From: a virus
Length of the DNA: 64,000 bases
Direction: 5' to 3' (one strand)
IMG/VR virus record: IMGVR_UViG_3300005573_001035
Span: 64,001-128,000 of that record
Under the pieces are notes generated by a model, which saw only the letters and a list, made by a program, of their open reading frames with translations, ran no database searches and was not told where the DNA came from. Positions 29,856-39,600 of the stretch are shown in pieces. A program made the translations under genes and the position numbers. Each line of letters begins with the position of its first letter. The stretch's first letter is position 1.

Positions 29856-31257
29856 TTTTCTCGAACTCCTCTCTAAATTTCTGATCTGTCATATATCTTT
29901 CGAGAGCATCTCGAGTTCGAAATTTAACATTTGGCATCGTTTGGAGGTAATTCCAGGCCCCCGATACTATTCTTTTAGTCAGTTTCAAGAAAGAGAAATT
30001 TGACCAAAAATCACTAAACCCACTATTATAATCTAGAATTAGAGGAACTCGAATATTCAAAGCAAAAAGCTTATTCTTAGAACACTTAGCAATAACCTCA
30101 ATTCCATCAAATCCATACATATCTGGTTTAAGAGCGGAACTTATAGTAAGTTCTAAAAGATGAAACGCATTGTATTTTAATGAATTCCCGCCCGGCATCT
30201 CTTTTCCAGCAGATAGAAACTTCAAGTCTCTGGGTGTTGCATATGGTCCCAATTGAAGAAGATCTCTAAGTTGGTTTACAACAATAAATAAGATATTGTA
30301 CTTGCTACAATTAGCAACGTACTTGGGAATCAACAAAGACATTAATCTACTTCGATAACCTACCACCTTAGCAGGATCTGTAGTTTCTAGTTCTTTTTCA
30401 GAAAGTGTATTTGCTAAACTATCCCAAACTACGATACTAGGTACATCAACCAGTTGCTTGCTTTCTTTAAACAAACACATAGCCTGGAGGACCTTAAAAA
30501 CTTTCTCAAGAGTTAAGTCAGTATAAGGTTTAATCTTGGGGTTTCGAACCCCCAATTGAGCCAATCTTTGAGTTGTAACTGCGTGTTCCGAATCCAGATA
30601 TACACTTAAACATTCTTTTCCAAACATATTTTGAGCATTTGCAATTACTTGGGCTGCCAAGGTGCTCTTACCACATCCAGGAGCTCCTGTGATAACTGGC
30701 ATTGTGCCTATAGCAAACCCACCTCCCAAAATAGCATCAAGAAGGCGGATTCCTGTTGGAATAAGGTTCTTAGTTCCGCTAGAAGATTCTATCTTAGCCT
30801 GAACTCTCATGTATTCAGAAAACTGGATATAGATATCCTCCTTGTCCTCGTCAGTAGATGGCTCTGAGAGGCTTCCTTCTTGAGATTCTTCAAGAGAAGT
30901 AGTTCTGGGTTTTCTTCCTCTTCTTTTAGGAGAGCCAATGATTTCTTCGCTTGGTGGGGACAATGAACTTAGCTCTTCATGAACCTTAGACGCAGCAGAA
31001 AAGAAATCATCCACCACTTCCGACTCAAATCTAGGTTCTTCCAGAATAAGAGAATCATCATTAGAAGACAATAAGTTATCTTCTGGGAAATTTGGTTCGT
31101 TCGTTTCATAAACCAAAGCAGAATCCTCATCATTTACATCTAGATGAGTTTCCCCGCCCCCCTCACCTTCTTCTACAAAGACTCCATCTTCAAAAATTTC
31201 TGAGCTTCTTTTTATCATCTTTCGCCTATCCTCCTCAGAAAAAATGTTGGGTTTCAT
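29803..31257 (-). CDS. RecA/UvsX-like recombinase with long acidic N-terminal extension
   Basis: IPTGIRLLDAILGGG, Walker A GAPGCGKST, YLDSEHA, VVWDSLA, VNQLRD and PGGNSLKY. Confidence 0.92.
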   Translation of the reverse strand: MKPNIFSEEDRRKMIKRSSEIFEDGVFVEEGEGGGETHLDVNDEDSALVYETNEPNFPEDNLLSSNDDSLILEEPRFESEVVDDFFSAASKVHEELSSLSPPSEEIIGSPKRRGRKPRTTSLEESQEGSLSEPSTDEDKEDIYIQFSEYMRVQAKIESSSGTKNLIPTGIRLLDAILGGGFAIGTMPVITGAPGCGKSTLAAQVIANAQNMFGKECLSVYLDSEHAVTTQRLAQLGVRNPKIKPYTDLTLEKVFKVLQAMCLFKESKQLVDVPSIVVWDSLANTLSEKELETTDPAKVVGYRSRLMSLLIPKYVANCSKYNILFIVVNQLRDLLQLGPYATPRDLKFLSAGKEMPGGNSLKYNAFHLLELTISSALKPDMYGFDGIEVIAKCSKNKLFALNIRVPLILDYNSGFSDFWSNFSFLKLTKRIVSGAWNYLQTMPNVKFRTRDALERYMTDQKFREEFEKNVTDAIDSEITSKYSSV

Positions 31258-31269
31258 CCAATTATTGTT

Positions 31270-31914
31270 CTAGAAGGAAAAGAAACAAGAATCATTTTTA
31301 GATAGGAATATATGACCCCTAAAAGATGGTACATACACTCCTACTCGGAACAAAGAGGGATTTGTAGAAAGAAACTGAGTTACCGCTCTTTTAACATCCG
31401 GAATATAATCAAAGTCATCTATCAAAACATGGGTACAGAACTTAGAAAATAATGCTAGATCAGAATAACAAAAATCAAAATCATGGTTTCCATCAATGTA
31501 TCCGAGATCAAAACTAGAAGGAAGTTCTTTTATTGTGCTTGAATCGCATATCATAAATTCAATCTTCACCGAAGGAAACGAAGAAAGAAGTAACTTTTTA
31601 GCATGTTCAATATAGCCAACCATACCACCATGCAAAGACGAGTTGTTATCTATGCCAAGATATCGTTCTACATATTCCTTAGCCCCAGATAACAAGGCAT
31701 AAGATGAGTAACCCCCACGAACACCAATTTCTACGATTGATCTAGGTCTGAGTCCTCTAGCAAAGAAATATAGAAGATTGTAGTATCTTTGTTTATAACT
31801 TTCGTAATCCTTGCTTGTCTTATCCCCTGGAACCCAAATAGAAAAAGGAATCTCCCACTTTAAATCTAAGAATTCTTCTCTCCTATCCAAAAGATCACAT
31901 CTTATGAGATTCAC
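31270..31914 (-). CDS. Class I SAM-dependent methyltransferase (Methyltransf_24-like)
   Basis: IVEIGVRGGYSS, FDLGYIDGNH and LIDDFD motifs. Confidence 0.85.
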   Translation of the reverse strand: MNLIRCDLLDRREEFLDLKWEIPFSIWVPGDKTSKDYESYKQRYYNLLYFFARGLRPRSIVEIGVRGGYSSYALLSGAKEYVERYLGIDNNSSLHGGMVGYIEHAKKLLLSSFPSVKIEFMICDSSTIKELPSSFDLGYIDGNHDFDFCYSDLALFSKFCTHVLIDDFDYIPDVKRAVTQFLSTNPSLFRVGVYVPSFRGHIFLSKNDSCFFSF

Positions 31915-31936
31915 TCTTCTCTATATCCTTTCTTTG

Positions 31937-32074
31937 TTAGATATCTAGGACATCTTTAAGATTAGTTAGAGAAAATGATTCATTCTCGTCTTCAGGCTCT
32001 TCGTCAAAATCATCGTCATCAGACAAGAACTCATCAACATCAAGATTATCGTCATCTTGTTGTAGGTACATCAT
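31937..32074 (-). CDS. Small highly acidic protein (45 aa, not in the ORF track)
   Basis: Manual translation MMYLQQDDDNLDVDEFLSDDDDFDEEPEDENESFSLTNLKDVLDI. GGAGG lies about 12 nt upstream. Confidence 0.55.
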   Translation of the reverse strand: MMYLQQDDDNLDVDEFLSDDDDFDEEPEDENESFSLTNLKDVLDI

Positions 32075-32252
32075 TTTAGGTACATTCCTCCTTCCTACTA
32101 AAAGTTTAACCTCCTCTTATTTTTTCTAAGATATAGGCAAGACAATATTGAAAATAAGTAATGCCGCAATAATAATCTTTAGAACCTTTCGGATAGTCAG
32201 ATCTTTACTAGAATCAAAAACTGGAGTCCTCAAATAAGTTACTAAGTATATA

Positions 32253-32543
32253 CTACGTCTCTTCTTTCATCTGAGATTCCATCTTTTCCAGAAAATCATA
32301 GTACCTTGGATTTTCCTTAAGATGGGCCTTAGCAATCGCCTTAGCAATCTGGGGATTATCTGTATGTTCCATTTCGACTTTGATTCCTTTTTCTAGTTGA
32401 TCTGGAAGAAAGTCTGAATCTGGATCCTGACTATGCTTCAAGTCTTCCAATTTAATGGAGATAGGGCTTGTATCTTCTTCCCTTAGAATCTTTCTTAGAG
32501 CCTCATCTAAAAATGCATCTAATTTTACTGTCTTGAGTTTCAT
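32253..32543 (-). CDS. DUF5661-like phage protein
   Basis: QLEKGIKVEMEHTDNPQIAKAIAKAHLKENPRYY matches the GxxVExEH...IAxxHLxExPxYY pattern. Confidence 0.75.
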   Translation of the reverse strand: MKLKTVKLDAFLDEALRKILREEDTSPISIKLEDLKHSQDPDSDFLPDQLEKGIKVEMEHTDNPQIAKAIAKAHLKENPRYYDFLEKMESQMKEET

Positions 32544-32562
32544 ATCTTTTAGTTTCCTCCCT

Positions 32563-33822
32563 CTAAACTGGCTGAGATCTAGAAACCTCGATAGGAGTTC
32601 TTAGCAACGAGACAATTGTTCTACAATGCCACTCAGGCCCCCCAGTCACTCGTTGGAAAGAAAACGAACTCGCCTTCAAAAGATACTTCTCTCCAACAAC
32701 CCCATACTCAATTGTTAGAGGATAGAATAGAACTGGTTCTCCAATCTTCATTAAGTTATACATATAGGTATTTCGAAAGATCTCTAGGTGGATCTGGCTC
32801 AAATTTGCATAATCCCTAGTTAATCTAGCATCGATAAAAGTCTTATCTCTTTCATACCCAGTATGAGAAACAATGTATCTAGATCTTTGTATCTCAGAAT
32901 TAATGGTCAGATTCATACTGGGGTCTGAAATAGATTTCTCCGCAATTTCCTGCTGTTGGCGCTCGAATTTATAAAAAAGCGTATCTTTTGGACTAGAAAT
33001 AATTTTCTGCGTGTTTCCGTAATAAGTTGGAAAAGCATGTCCTCCATGAACCACTTGCACAGGATCTATGGTATAGTAATCCGTCCCATTGGTACATCTT
33101 TCAATGATAGCAGGAAGATCTGGGTGATCAGCGGCTAGAGCATAGATTGTAAATTCTGGAGATCTTAGCATATTTGCATGAAGAGATTCAATCCTAAACA
33201 CATCGTCAAAAGTATAGAATAGTAACAATGGCCCAGGAAAGATACCAAAATTAAAATCCAAGTAACGAATCGACTGAATATAAGATAAAGGAGGAACTAC
33301 GACTTGATCCAAGATTGTTTCATTGATTTCTTCCGTTCGCAATTGCAACTTTGGGATCATGGCTTTAGAAGATAAATCTCTAAGAATAACCTCAAGTTTC
33401 TGGTTCATGTAAGTTTCATTTACTAAGGTGCTTAGTTTCTGAATGGCATTCTTGACTAAGGCTGTAAAGGTAACTGGAACTCTCTCTGCCGTGCTTCCAA
33501 AGGGAGGAGGTGTCCTAGCAGAAATCGTTCTAGTATGAGCAACGGTATCTTCAGTTAGCACAAATAGTTCTAGATTTTGAATAACATTTTCATGAAGTTG
33601 GCCATGTTCTTTCATTAAGGAAATAGATAAGCTCCCATGTTGCTGGCGCAATAATTCTTCTACCAGTGATTCTATGGGGTCGATCAGAAGAGAAAACTGA
33701 ATAACGGGCCATATCGTTAGCAAGGAAAAAGTCATGTTTAAAGAAAGAAGATACCCAGTAACATCTTGAGATCCGATCTTAAGCTCAATAATATAAAGCT
33801 CTTTCTGGATACCTGGAATCAT
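32563..33822 (-). CDS. Putative baseplate hub/tail protein
   Basis: 419 aa. Size and context resemble gp27-like hub proteins, with weak motif support. Confidence 0.45.
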   Translation of the reverse strand: MIPGIQKELYIIELKIGSQDVTGYLLSLNMTFSLLTIWPVIQFSLLIDPIESLVEELLRQQHGSLSISLMKEHGQLHENVIQNLELFVLTEDTVAHTRTISARTPPPFGSTAERVPVTFTALVKNAIQKLSTLVNETYMNQKLEVILRDLSSKAMIPKLQLRTEEINETILDQVVVPPLSYIQSIRYLDFNFGIFPGPLLLFYTFDDVFRIESLHANMLRSPEFTIYALAADHPDLPAIIERCTNGTDYYTIDPVQVVHGGHAFPTYYGNTQKIISSPKDTLFYKFERQQQEIAEKSISDPSMNLTINSEIQRSRYIVSHTGYERDKTFIDARLTRDYANLSQIHLEIFRNTYMYNLMKIGEPVLFYPLTIEYGVVGEKYLLKASSFSFQRVTGGPEWHCRTIVSLLRTPIEVSRSQPV

Positions 33823-33865
33823 TCTACTTTAGTTTCTCTCTTAGTACAAGAACCTGGTTTTAAGA

Positions 33866-33898
33866 TTTTGTTCATTCTAATAAAAGAACGGAACAAAT
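33866..33898. promoter_or_regulatory. Divergent pair of GAACAAA(A/T) motifs between divergent operons
   Basis: Minus-strand GAACAAAA at 33866-33873 and plus-strand GAACAAAT at 33891-33898, each about 45-50 nt from its start codon. Confidence 0.5.
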
Positions 33899-33946
33899 AA
33901 TTGAAGTATGGTTATGTAGTTTGGAGAAAAAGAGGAGTTATATAAA

Positions 33947-35650
33947 TTGCAAATCCAGGCTAGAAAAGCAATATCTAATCAAAGTACAAAAATTATTCAA
34001 GAATGGTTCAAATGTAAAGAGAATTTCGAATATTTCTGTAGGAATTATATTAAGATAGATCTTCCTGGTGCAACAACTTTACTACAACCTTACAAAGAAC
34101 AGCTAAGAGTCATTAACTTTATACAGGACCAGAAACATGTTGTAATTCTTAAATCAAGGCAGATTGGAATTTCTACGATCATTCAGGCTTACCTAGTATA
34201 CTTAGCGGTATTTTTTAAGAATGTTAGTATAGGAGTTATTTCAAAAGATGCAGGCGAGGCCACTCAATTCGCCAAAGTATGTACGTCTATGCTTGAGTAC
34301 CTTCCCAAGTGGATGAAACCGAAATTTAAGAAATCTACAGAACAATCTTTCATTCTAAGCAACGGATCTAAGTTACAAGTCTCTGCAATCTTACCATCTA
34401 ACCCCCAAAAGACTTTTCGAGGACGAAACTTAACAGTGTTGGTTCTAGACGAAGCAGCACACTGCCAATACATTGATCAAGCATGGATAGGAATGTCTCC
34501 TGCTCTCGTTACGAACCAAAAACATGCTCGAGAAAATAACATTCCATATGCTACAATCATCATCTCAACACCTAATAAAACAACGGGTATTGGTAAATGG
34601 TTCTTTGAAAAATACAAAGCAGCTTTAAATGGAGAAGGTGCATTCCGAGCCACTTCCGTTCATTGGAAAGATATTCAAGAACTAGGTAAAGCTTGGTACC
34701 AAGAGCAATGCAGCCTTCTTGGTTATAACCAAAGCGCTATTGATCAGGAGCTGAACTTAAAATTTATTCCTGGTGAAGGAGCTTTCTTCCCAGAATGGAT
34801 TGCTTCTAAGTTACAAGAACAAGAAATAGAACCCAAGATGAAAATCAATCTTCTTCCAGGAACTCCCCATGAAGGATGGATCTTCCAAGAACCCGATACA
34901 TCTAAGTTCTATCTTATAGGAGTTGACACAGCATCTGAATACGGACCTTCCAAAAGTGCAATTGAGATATTTGAATACGATACCTTAGAACAAGTCTTTG
35001 AGTTCCAAGGAAAATTACCAATCCTGAATTTCAAGCAAATAATCATAAAGATTGCAAAATTGTATCCAGGTATTCTAATTGTAGAAAACAATAGCTATGC
35101 TAATCAAATGGTCAGTGAGCTTGCACTTATAGATGGGATAAACGTATTTTCAGAGATCAAACCTGGGGGGAAGATTTCCTACGGAATTAGCACAAATGCC
35201 AAAACTAGACCCCTTATGATAGATGCTTTGTACTCATACGTAAGTCAGTATCCAGAAACAATTAAATCTTCTCGTTTAAAACTCGAACTTGTGGGACTAG
35301 TAGAAAAAAATGGGAGGATACAAGCTGACAAGGGAGAGACTGATGATCTAGTCCTCGCATCTTCTTTTTGTTACTACGTAAGGAAGTATAGCCCTCCTCT
35401 ATCAGCCGTACTAAGAGATAGAAAACCTGGGGAAGAACTACCTTCGGAACTCGACCTACTTAGGTCAATAGCGGGATGGAATTTCGAGTCGAGCGAACAA
35501 CCATCTATTTCCAACATATATCAAAACGCATCTGAGAGTGCTTCTCTGTCTTCATTGAATCGAGAAATTATCTCCAGAGTTAGACAGAACTTAGAACGAG
35601 GGGAAATAGAAGATATATTCATTAGAACGATTCCTTCGATAGCTTCTTAG
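33947..35650 (+). CDS. Terminase large subunit (T4 gp17-like)
   Basis: LKSRQIGIST (Walker A), VLDEAAH (Walker B), ISTP, and nuclease motifs IGVDTA, VENN and DDLVLA. Confidence 0.95.
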   Translation: MQIQARKAISNQSTKIIQEWFKCKENFEYFCRNYIKIDLPGATTLLQPYKEQLRVINFIQDQKHVVILKSRQIGISTIIQAYLVYLAVFFKNVSIGVISKDAGEATQFAKVCTSMLEYLPKWMKPKFKKSTEQSFILSNGSKLQVSAILPSNPQKTFRGRNLTVLVLDEAAHCQYIDQAWIGMSPALVTNQKHARENNIPYATIIISTPNKTTGIGKWFFEKYKAALNGEGAFRATSVHWKDIQELGKAWYQEQCSLLGYNQSAIDQELNLKFIPGEGAFFPEWIASKLQEQEIEPKMKINLLPGTPHEGWIFQEPDTSKFYLIGVDTASEYGPSKSAIEIFEYDTLEQVFEFQGKLPILNFKQIIIKIAKLYPGILIVENNSYANQMVSELALIDGINVFSEIKPGGKISYGISTNAKTRPLMIDALYSYVSQYPETIKSSRLKLELVGLVEKNGRIQADKGETDDLVLASSFCYYVRKYSPPLSAVLRDRKPGEELPSELDLLRSIAGWNFESSEQPSISNIYQNASESASLSSLNREIISRVRQNLERGEIEDIFIRTIPSIAS

Positions 35651-35692
35651 TAAAACATACATATGTGGATAGTATAGGGGGAAAAAGTACAA

Positions 35693-36613
35693 ATGGATAT
35701 ACTAGACGAAAGTAAAGATCTTTTACAGGAAATCTTTGCTTGGCCTGGTGGAGAACCAGTTATTAGCCTTGACGACCAAGTTACATTGTATACAAGCCCG
35801 GATCTAAAACAAAAATTCATAGAAGGAATGTCTGAACACAAACTAACAGCCCCAGTGAGTAAAACAATACAAGAACTAGTTGAAAAAGATAGACTCATTC
35901 CTTGTTGGGTTAATAAGGGGCTAGGATCTATAATCTTATTCAAGATCTTTGCTCCACTGGATGTAAAAAGCATCGGTTCTTTTTACGCACCAAGTGAGAA
36001 CGTCGTTGCATTACTAATGGATAATTCCACTTTTTTTCTTTTCTACATTCCAAATAGAACGCTAGCCTATCTTACCTTGCATGAGTTATGTCATTATGCA
36101 GCAGGAAACAGTTCCTCTTTCCCATCTCTAAGCGCAAAAATTCTAACCAAGTACTACGAAGTCCTGTTTCATACTTTATTTGAAATGTTTGCTGGTAAAA
36201 GATTAGATCCAAAACCAGACCTAACGAAAAGAGCAACAAAGTACTGGTCTAATCTAGTTAGTAAGGAACAAAAAAGAACTGCAGATATCGTAAAAGGCGA
36301 TGATATCAAAAATCTAATTCTTAAATGCTTTGGGGACTACCTGGGGTTAAAAGATGTGGCCCAAGAAGTTTCTGAAAATGTGAAGATACTAGTGGACACT
36401 GCAAGGAAAGACTTAGGGAAGATTCTAACAAACATTGAGAAATTTAAGTATGTTCTTATACCTCTCTATATCGCTTATGGAGATGGATTGGGGTTTAAGA
36501 ACTTAACCACATTTGCAATTCAAGAATACTGGTGTGCCTCAGAGGTAATATGCGTATGCGCAGAGAATCCGTCAAGATTTCCTGTTGTTTACAAAGTTAT
36601 TAGCTCCATCTAA
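35693..36613 (+). CDS. Protein with HEXXH (zincin-like) motif
   Basis: TLHELCHYAA motif. Confidence 0.55.
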   Translation: MDILDESKDLLQEIFAWPGGEPVISLDDQVTLYTSPDLKQKFIEGMSEHKLTAPVSKTIQELVEKDRLIPCWVNKGLGSIILFKIFAPLDVKSIGSFYAPSENVVALLMDNSTFFLFYIPNRTLAYLTLHELCHYAAGNSSSFPSLSAKILTKYYEVLFHTLFEMFAGKRLDPKPDLTKRATKYWSNLVSKEQKRTADIVKGDDIKNLILKCFGDYLGLKDVAQEVSENVKILVDTARKDLGKILTNIEKFKYVLIPLYIAYGDGLGFKNLTTFAIQEYWCASEVICVCAENPSRFPVVYKVISSI

Positions 36614-36651
36614 AGATTTCGAACTAAAAAATAGAGGAGAATAGAAAATAG

Positions 36652-39600
36652 ATGCCAATTTCAGCACCTAAAGATCCTAAGCTAAAGGCTCTGGTCTCTA
36701 AGTTAGATAGGGCTAAAAAGATCACAGCTATGGCTACGGCCCAAAGGAAAGCCGCCTTAAAAGAGAGCAAGTTTCCCACCGGTAACACAGAAGTAAGAGC
36801 TATTAAGAAAGCAGGAATCGAGGCGGCCACCCGAGTTAGAAAAACCACAGCAAGCCGACGAGTCCCAGAATCTCCAGAGGTTGTAACTCAGATTGCCACT
36901 GCTGCAGTTGAGGTATCAAAGGTTAGTGCGAACTTAGTTGAGAGACTGGGTGAAATTTCTGCTAAGATCGTCAAAGCGACTGCTCAAAACTTAGGCAAAG
37001 CCGTTTCTGATTACTCGAAAGCTATTTCCGAAGACATTAGCGTGAATAAAAGAAATCTAATGGCCCTCTCATTAAGTGCCATAAGCCCTATTGCAGGATA
37101 CTTTGCATCCAAGTTCTTTGAAACAGAATTCTTTCAAAACATAAAGAATAAGTTTAAAGAGAAGGCATCTGACGTACTATCCCTTATTGGCGAAAAGATA
37201 AGAACAGTTCTTAGTAAGATTCCCGTTGTTAAGAGCTTTGTTGCTGGAATTTCTAAGGTCAGCAGGGCAGAAAAGACTGAGGAAATTCCCCAGTTACAAC
37301 ACGGTGGCGTGGTTAAGAAAGCAGGTCTTGCTAAAATTCACGCAGCCGAGGTCATAGGACCAATAGATAAGGTCATTCCTTTTACAAATCGAAAATGGAG
37401 ACGTGAACTTATTGGAGATGCTCTTAGTCAAATAGGCAAACTTAGTGGAATTAAAATTGGATTTAACAAACTATCTAAGTACTTAACAAAACAAGTTTTT
37501 GGAATCTTCTCCGCTATTGGGGCTAGGATAGGTAGGTGGAAACAGACCTACGAAATGTTTATGGCTCGATTTCCTATCTTTAGAGATATTAAAGAGTGGA
37601 CAGGAGCGATGTATAAATTTATTTCTTCTCCTTTTAGGTTTCTCTTCAAAGTCCGAGGTTACACTTATGCAAAAGATATCATGAGAAAAGGAAGCCTCTT
37701 AGAACAGATGGTCCATATTCTAGCCACAACATACGTATCTACAATGTATCGATATGATTATCTTCTTGCATATCTTAGACAAGCCACATATCGACTTGGA
37801 ATAATCGCACAATTAAAAGATCCCAGTGTCCAAGAACCATCTGGTCCTATGGGTTGGAGAATAGCAGGAAAGGTCACGGGGGGCCTATTATTTCTCCCTA
37901 GCCTATTAATCAAAGCTCTTCTTGGGTGGGGTGGACCTCTTAAACTATCTAAAAGACTCCTAAGAGGAAAACGAAGAACCACAATAAAGTCGCCCTTTTG
38001 GTACACTGCTTTGCCTGAGTCGTTTGAATCAGAATGGGGCCCAACACAACCCCAAACTATTAACCAAATTCTCGTTCTAGTTGGAGAATCTGGTCTTAAA
38101 TTACTAAGAAAGAGAAAACAAGGACTTATAGGACTTACTTCTGGTATCACAACTGAAAGCAAACAAAAGGCGCTACCCTCGCCTCCTTACCCAACCCCTC
38201 TTCTCGTCACCGAAGCTGAACTCCATGCGCTAAGAAGCAAAAAAGGAACGATTATAGAAATTCTCTCAGAAATCGTGTCTGGAATTAGAAAGAAACTATC
38301 AGAAGAGAAAAAAACTCTTGCTAAAACCATTAGGAGCAAATTAGAAGATATTACGGGTGGCATTAAAAAAGACCTACTAAAAAAGAAAGAAACTCTACCT
38401 AAAATTCTTACAACCGTACTAACTCGTACTACATCTCCATTTTCTAAGAAAATCTCGGCTTTCATAACCGCAGCTTTGGATTTCTTCAAAAAGTTTGGAG
38501 CTCTTTCTAAGAGTCTAGCCAGAAAAGGCGGATCTTATTTCTTTAAGATACTGGGGGTTCTTGGTAGTCTTGCTAGTTCGGTTTTTGGTTTTTTGGGTTC
38601 GGTGGGTATGAGATTTCTTTCTTTAGCAGTTGGCAGATTCCTCCCTTCAGTTGGAAGACTTTTTCCTTTCGTTGGTAGATTCTTCCCTTTAATTGGAAGA
38701 TTTCTTCCTTTAATTGGTGGTTTTCTTGGTAGATTCCTTCCTTTCGTTGTAGCAAGAATTCCTTTACTAACAGCCCTGCTTGGAGCTGGTAAGTTTTACA
38801 GTGAGCTTAGTAAGGAAGAAACGCCTAGAGAAAAAGCGTTTAGAGAAAAATACAATATTCCCAAAGCAGGAATGGCCGGGGTTAGTGCATTTAGCACTAT
38901 AGGGTCCCTTGTTGGTCTAGATTTAGAAAAAGAAATGAAAGAAGCTGATGAGGCCATTTCAAATATTGATAAAAAGAGACAAGAATCCAATCAAATCTTT
39001 TTAGAAAAGAAAATTTCTCAAATGTCTCCTGCGGCTCGAGACGCCTTCGAGAAACAACTCAGGCAAACCGCCGCAGAAAGGGGCCCACAAGCTGCCGTCG
39101 AAGCTCTGCTAAAATTAAGACGGGATGGTTTATTGATTTCGAAAGATCAGAAACTATACGTAGCAGGTGAGCTTGATATAACGCCCATTAAAGAAAAAGC
39201 TAAACAAACTGTCCAGTCAAAAATTGAAGAAGCATCAGAAAAAGCCAACCAAATAATTTCAAAAGGAATAAAGATTACAGAAGATATCAAACATAAATTA
39301 GAACAGGAAGGAGTTGTAGAAAAGGTAAATAAGATAAAAGAACAAGCCTTAGACAAACTAAAAAGTAGCGCAGAAAAAATAAAGAAACTTAAGAAAGAAG
39401 GAGATATTTGGTCAGACTATCCATACGAACTAGGAATGCCTCCTGAAGAAGCAACAAGCGACAAAATTAAGAGAATTGCTGAGCGCCAAGCAAAGGAGGG
39501 ATACAACATTGCTAAAGAAAGTATAGAAAAAACGTATAACGAACTTGTATCTGATACATACAAACAAATAGAGAAACTTTTTTCCATAAACATAAAACAA

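Noticed and set aside
29803-35650. Intein or intron in RecA or terminase
   Set aside because: Motifs are normally spaced, with no splice-junction or homing-endonuclease signatures.
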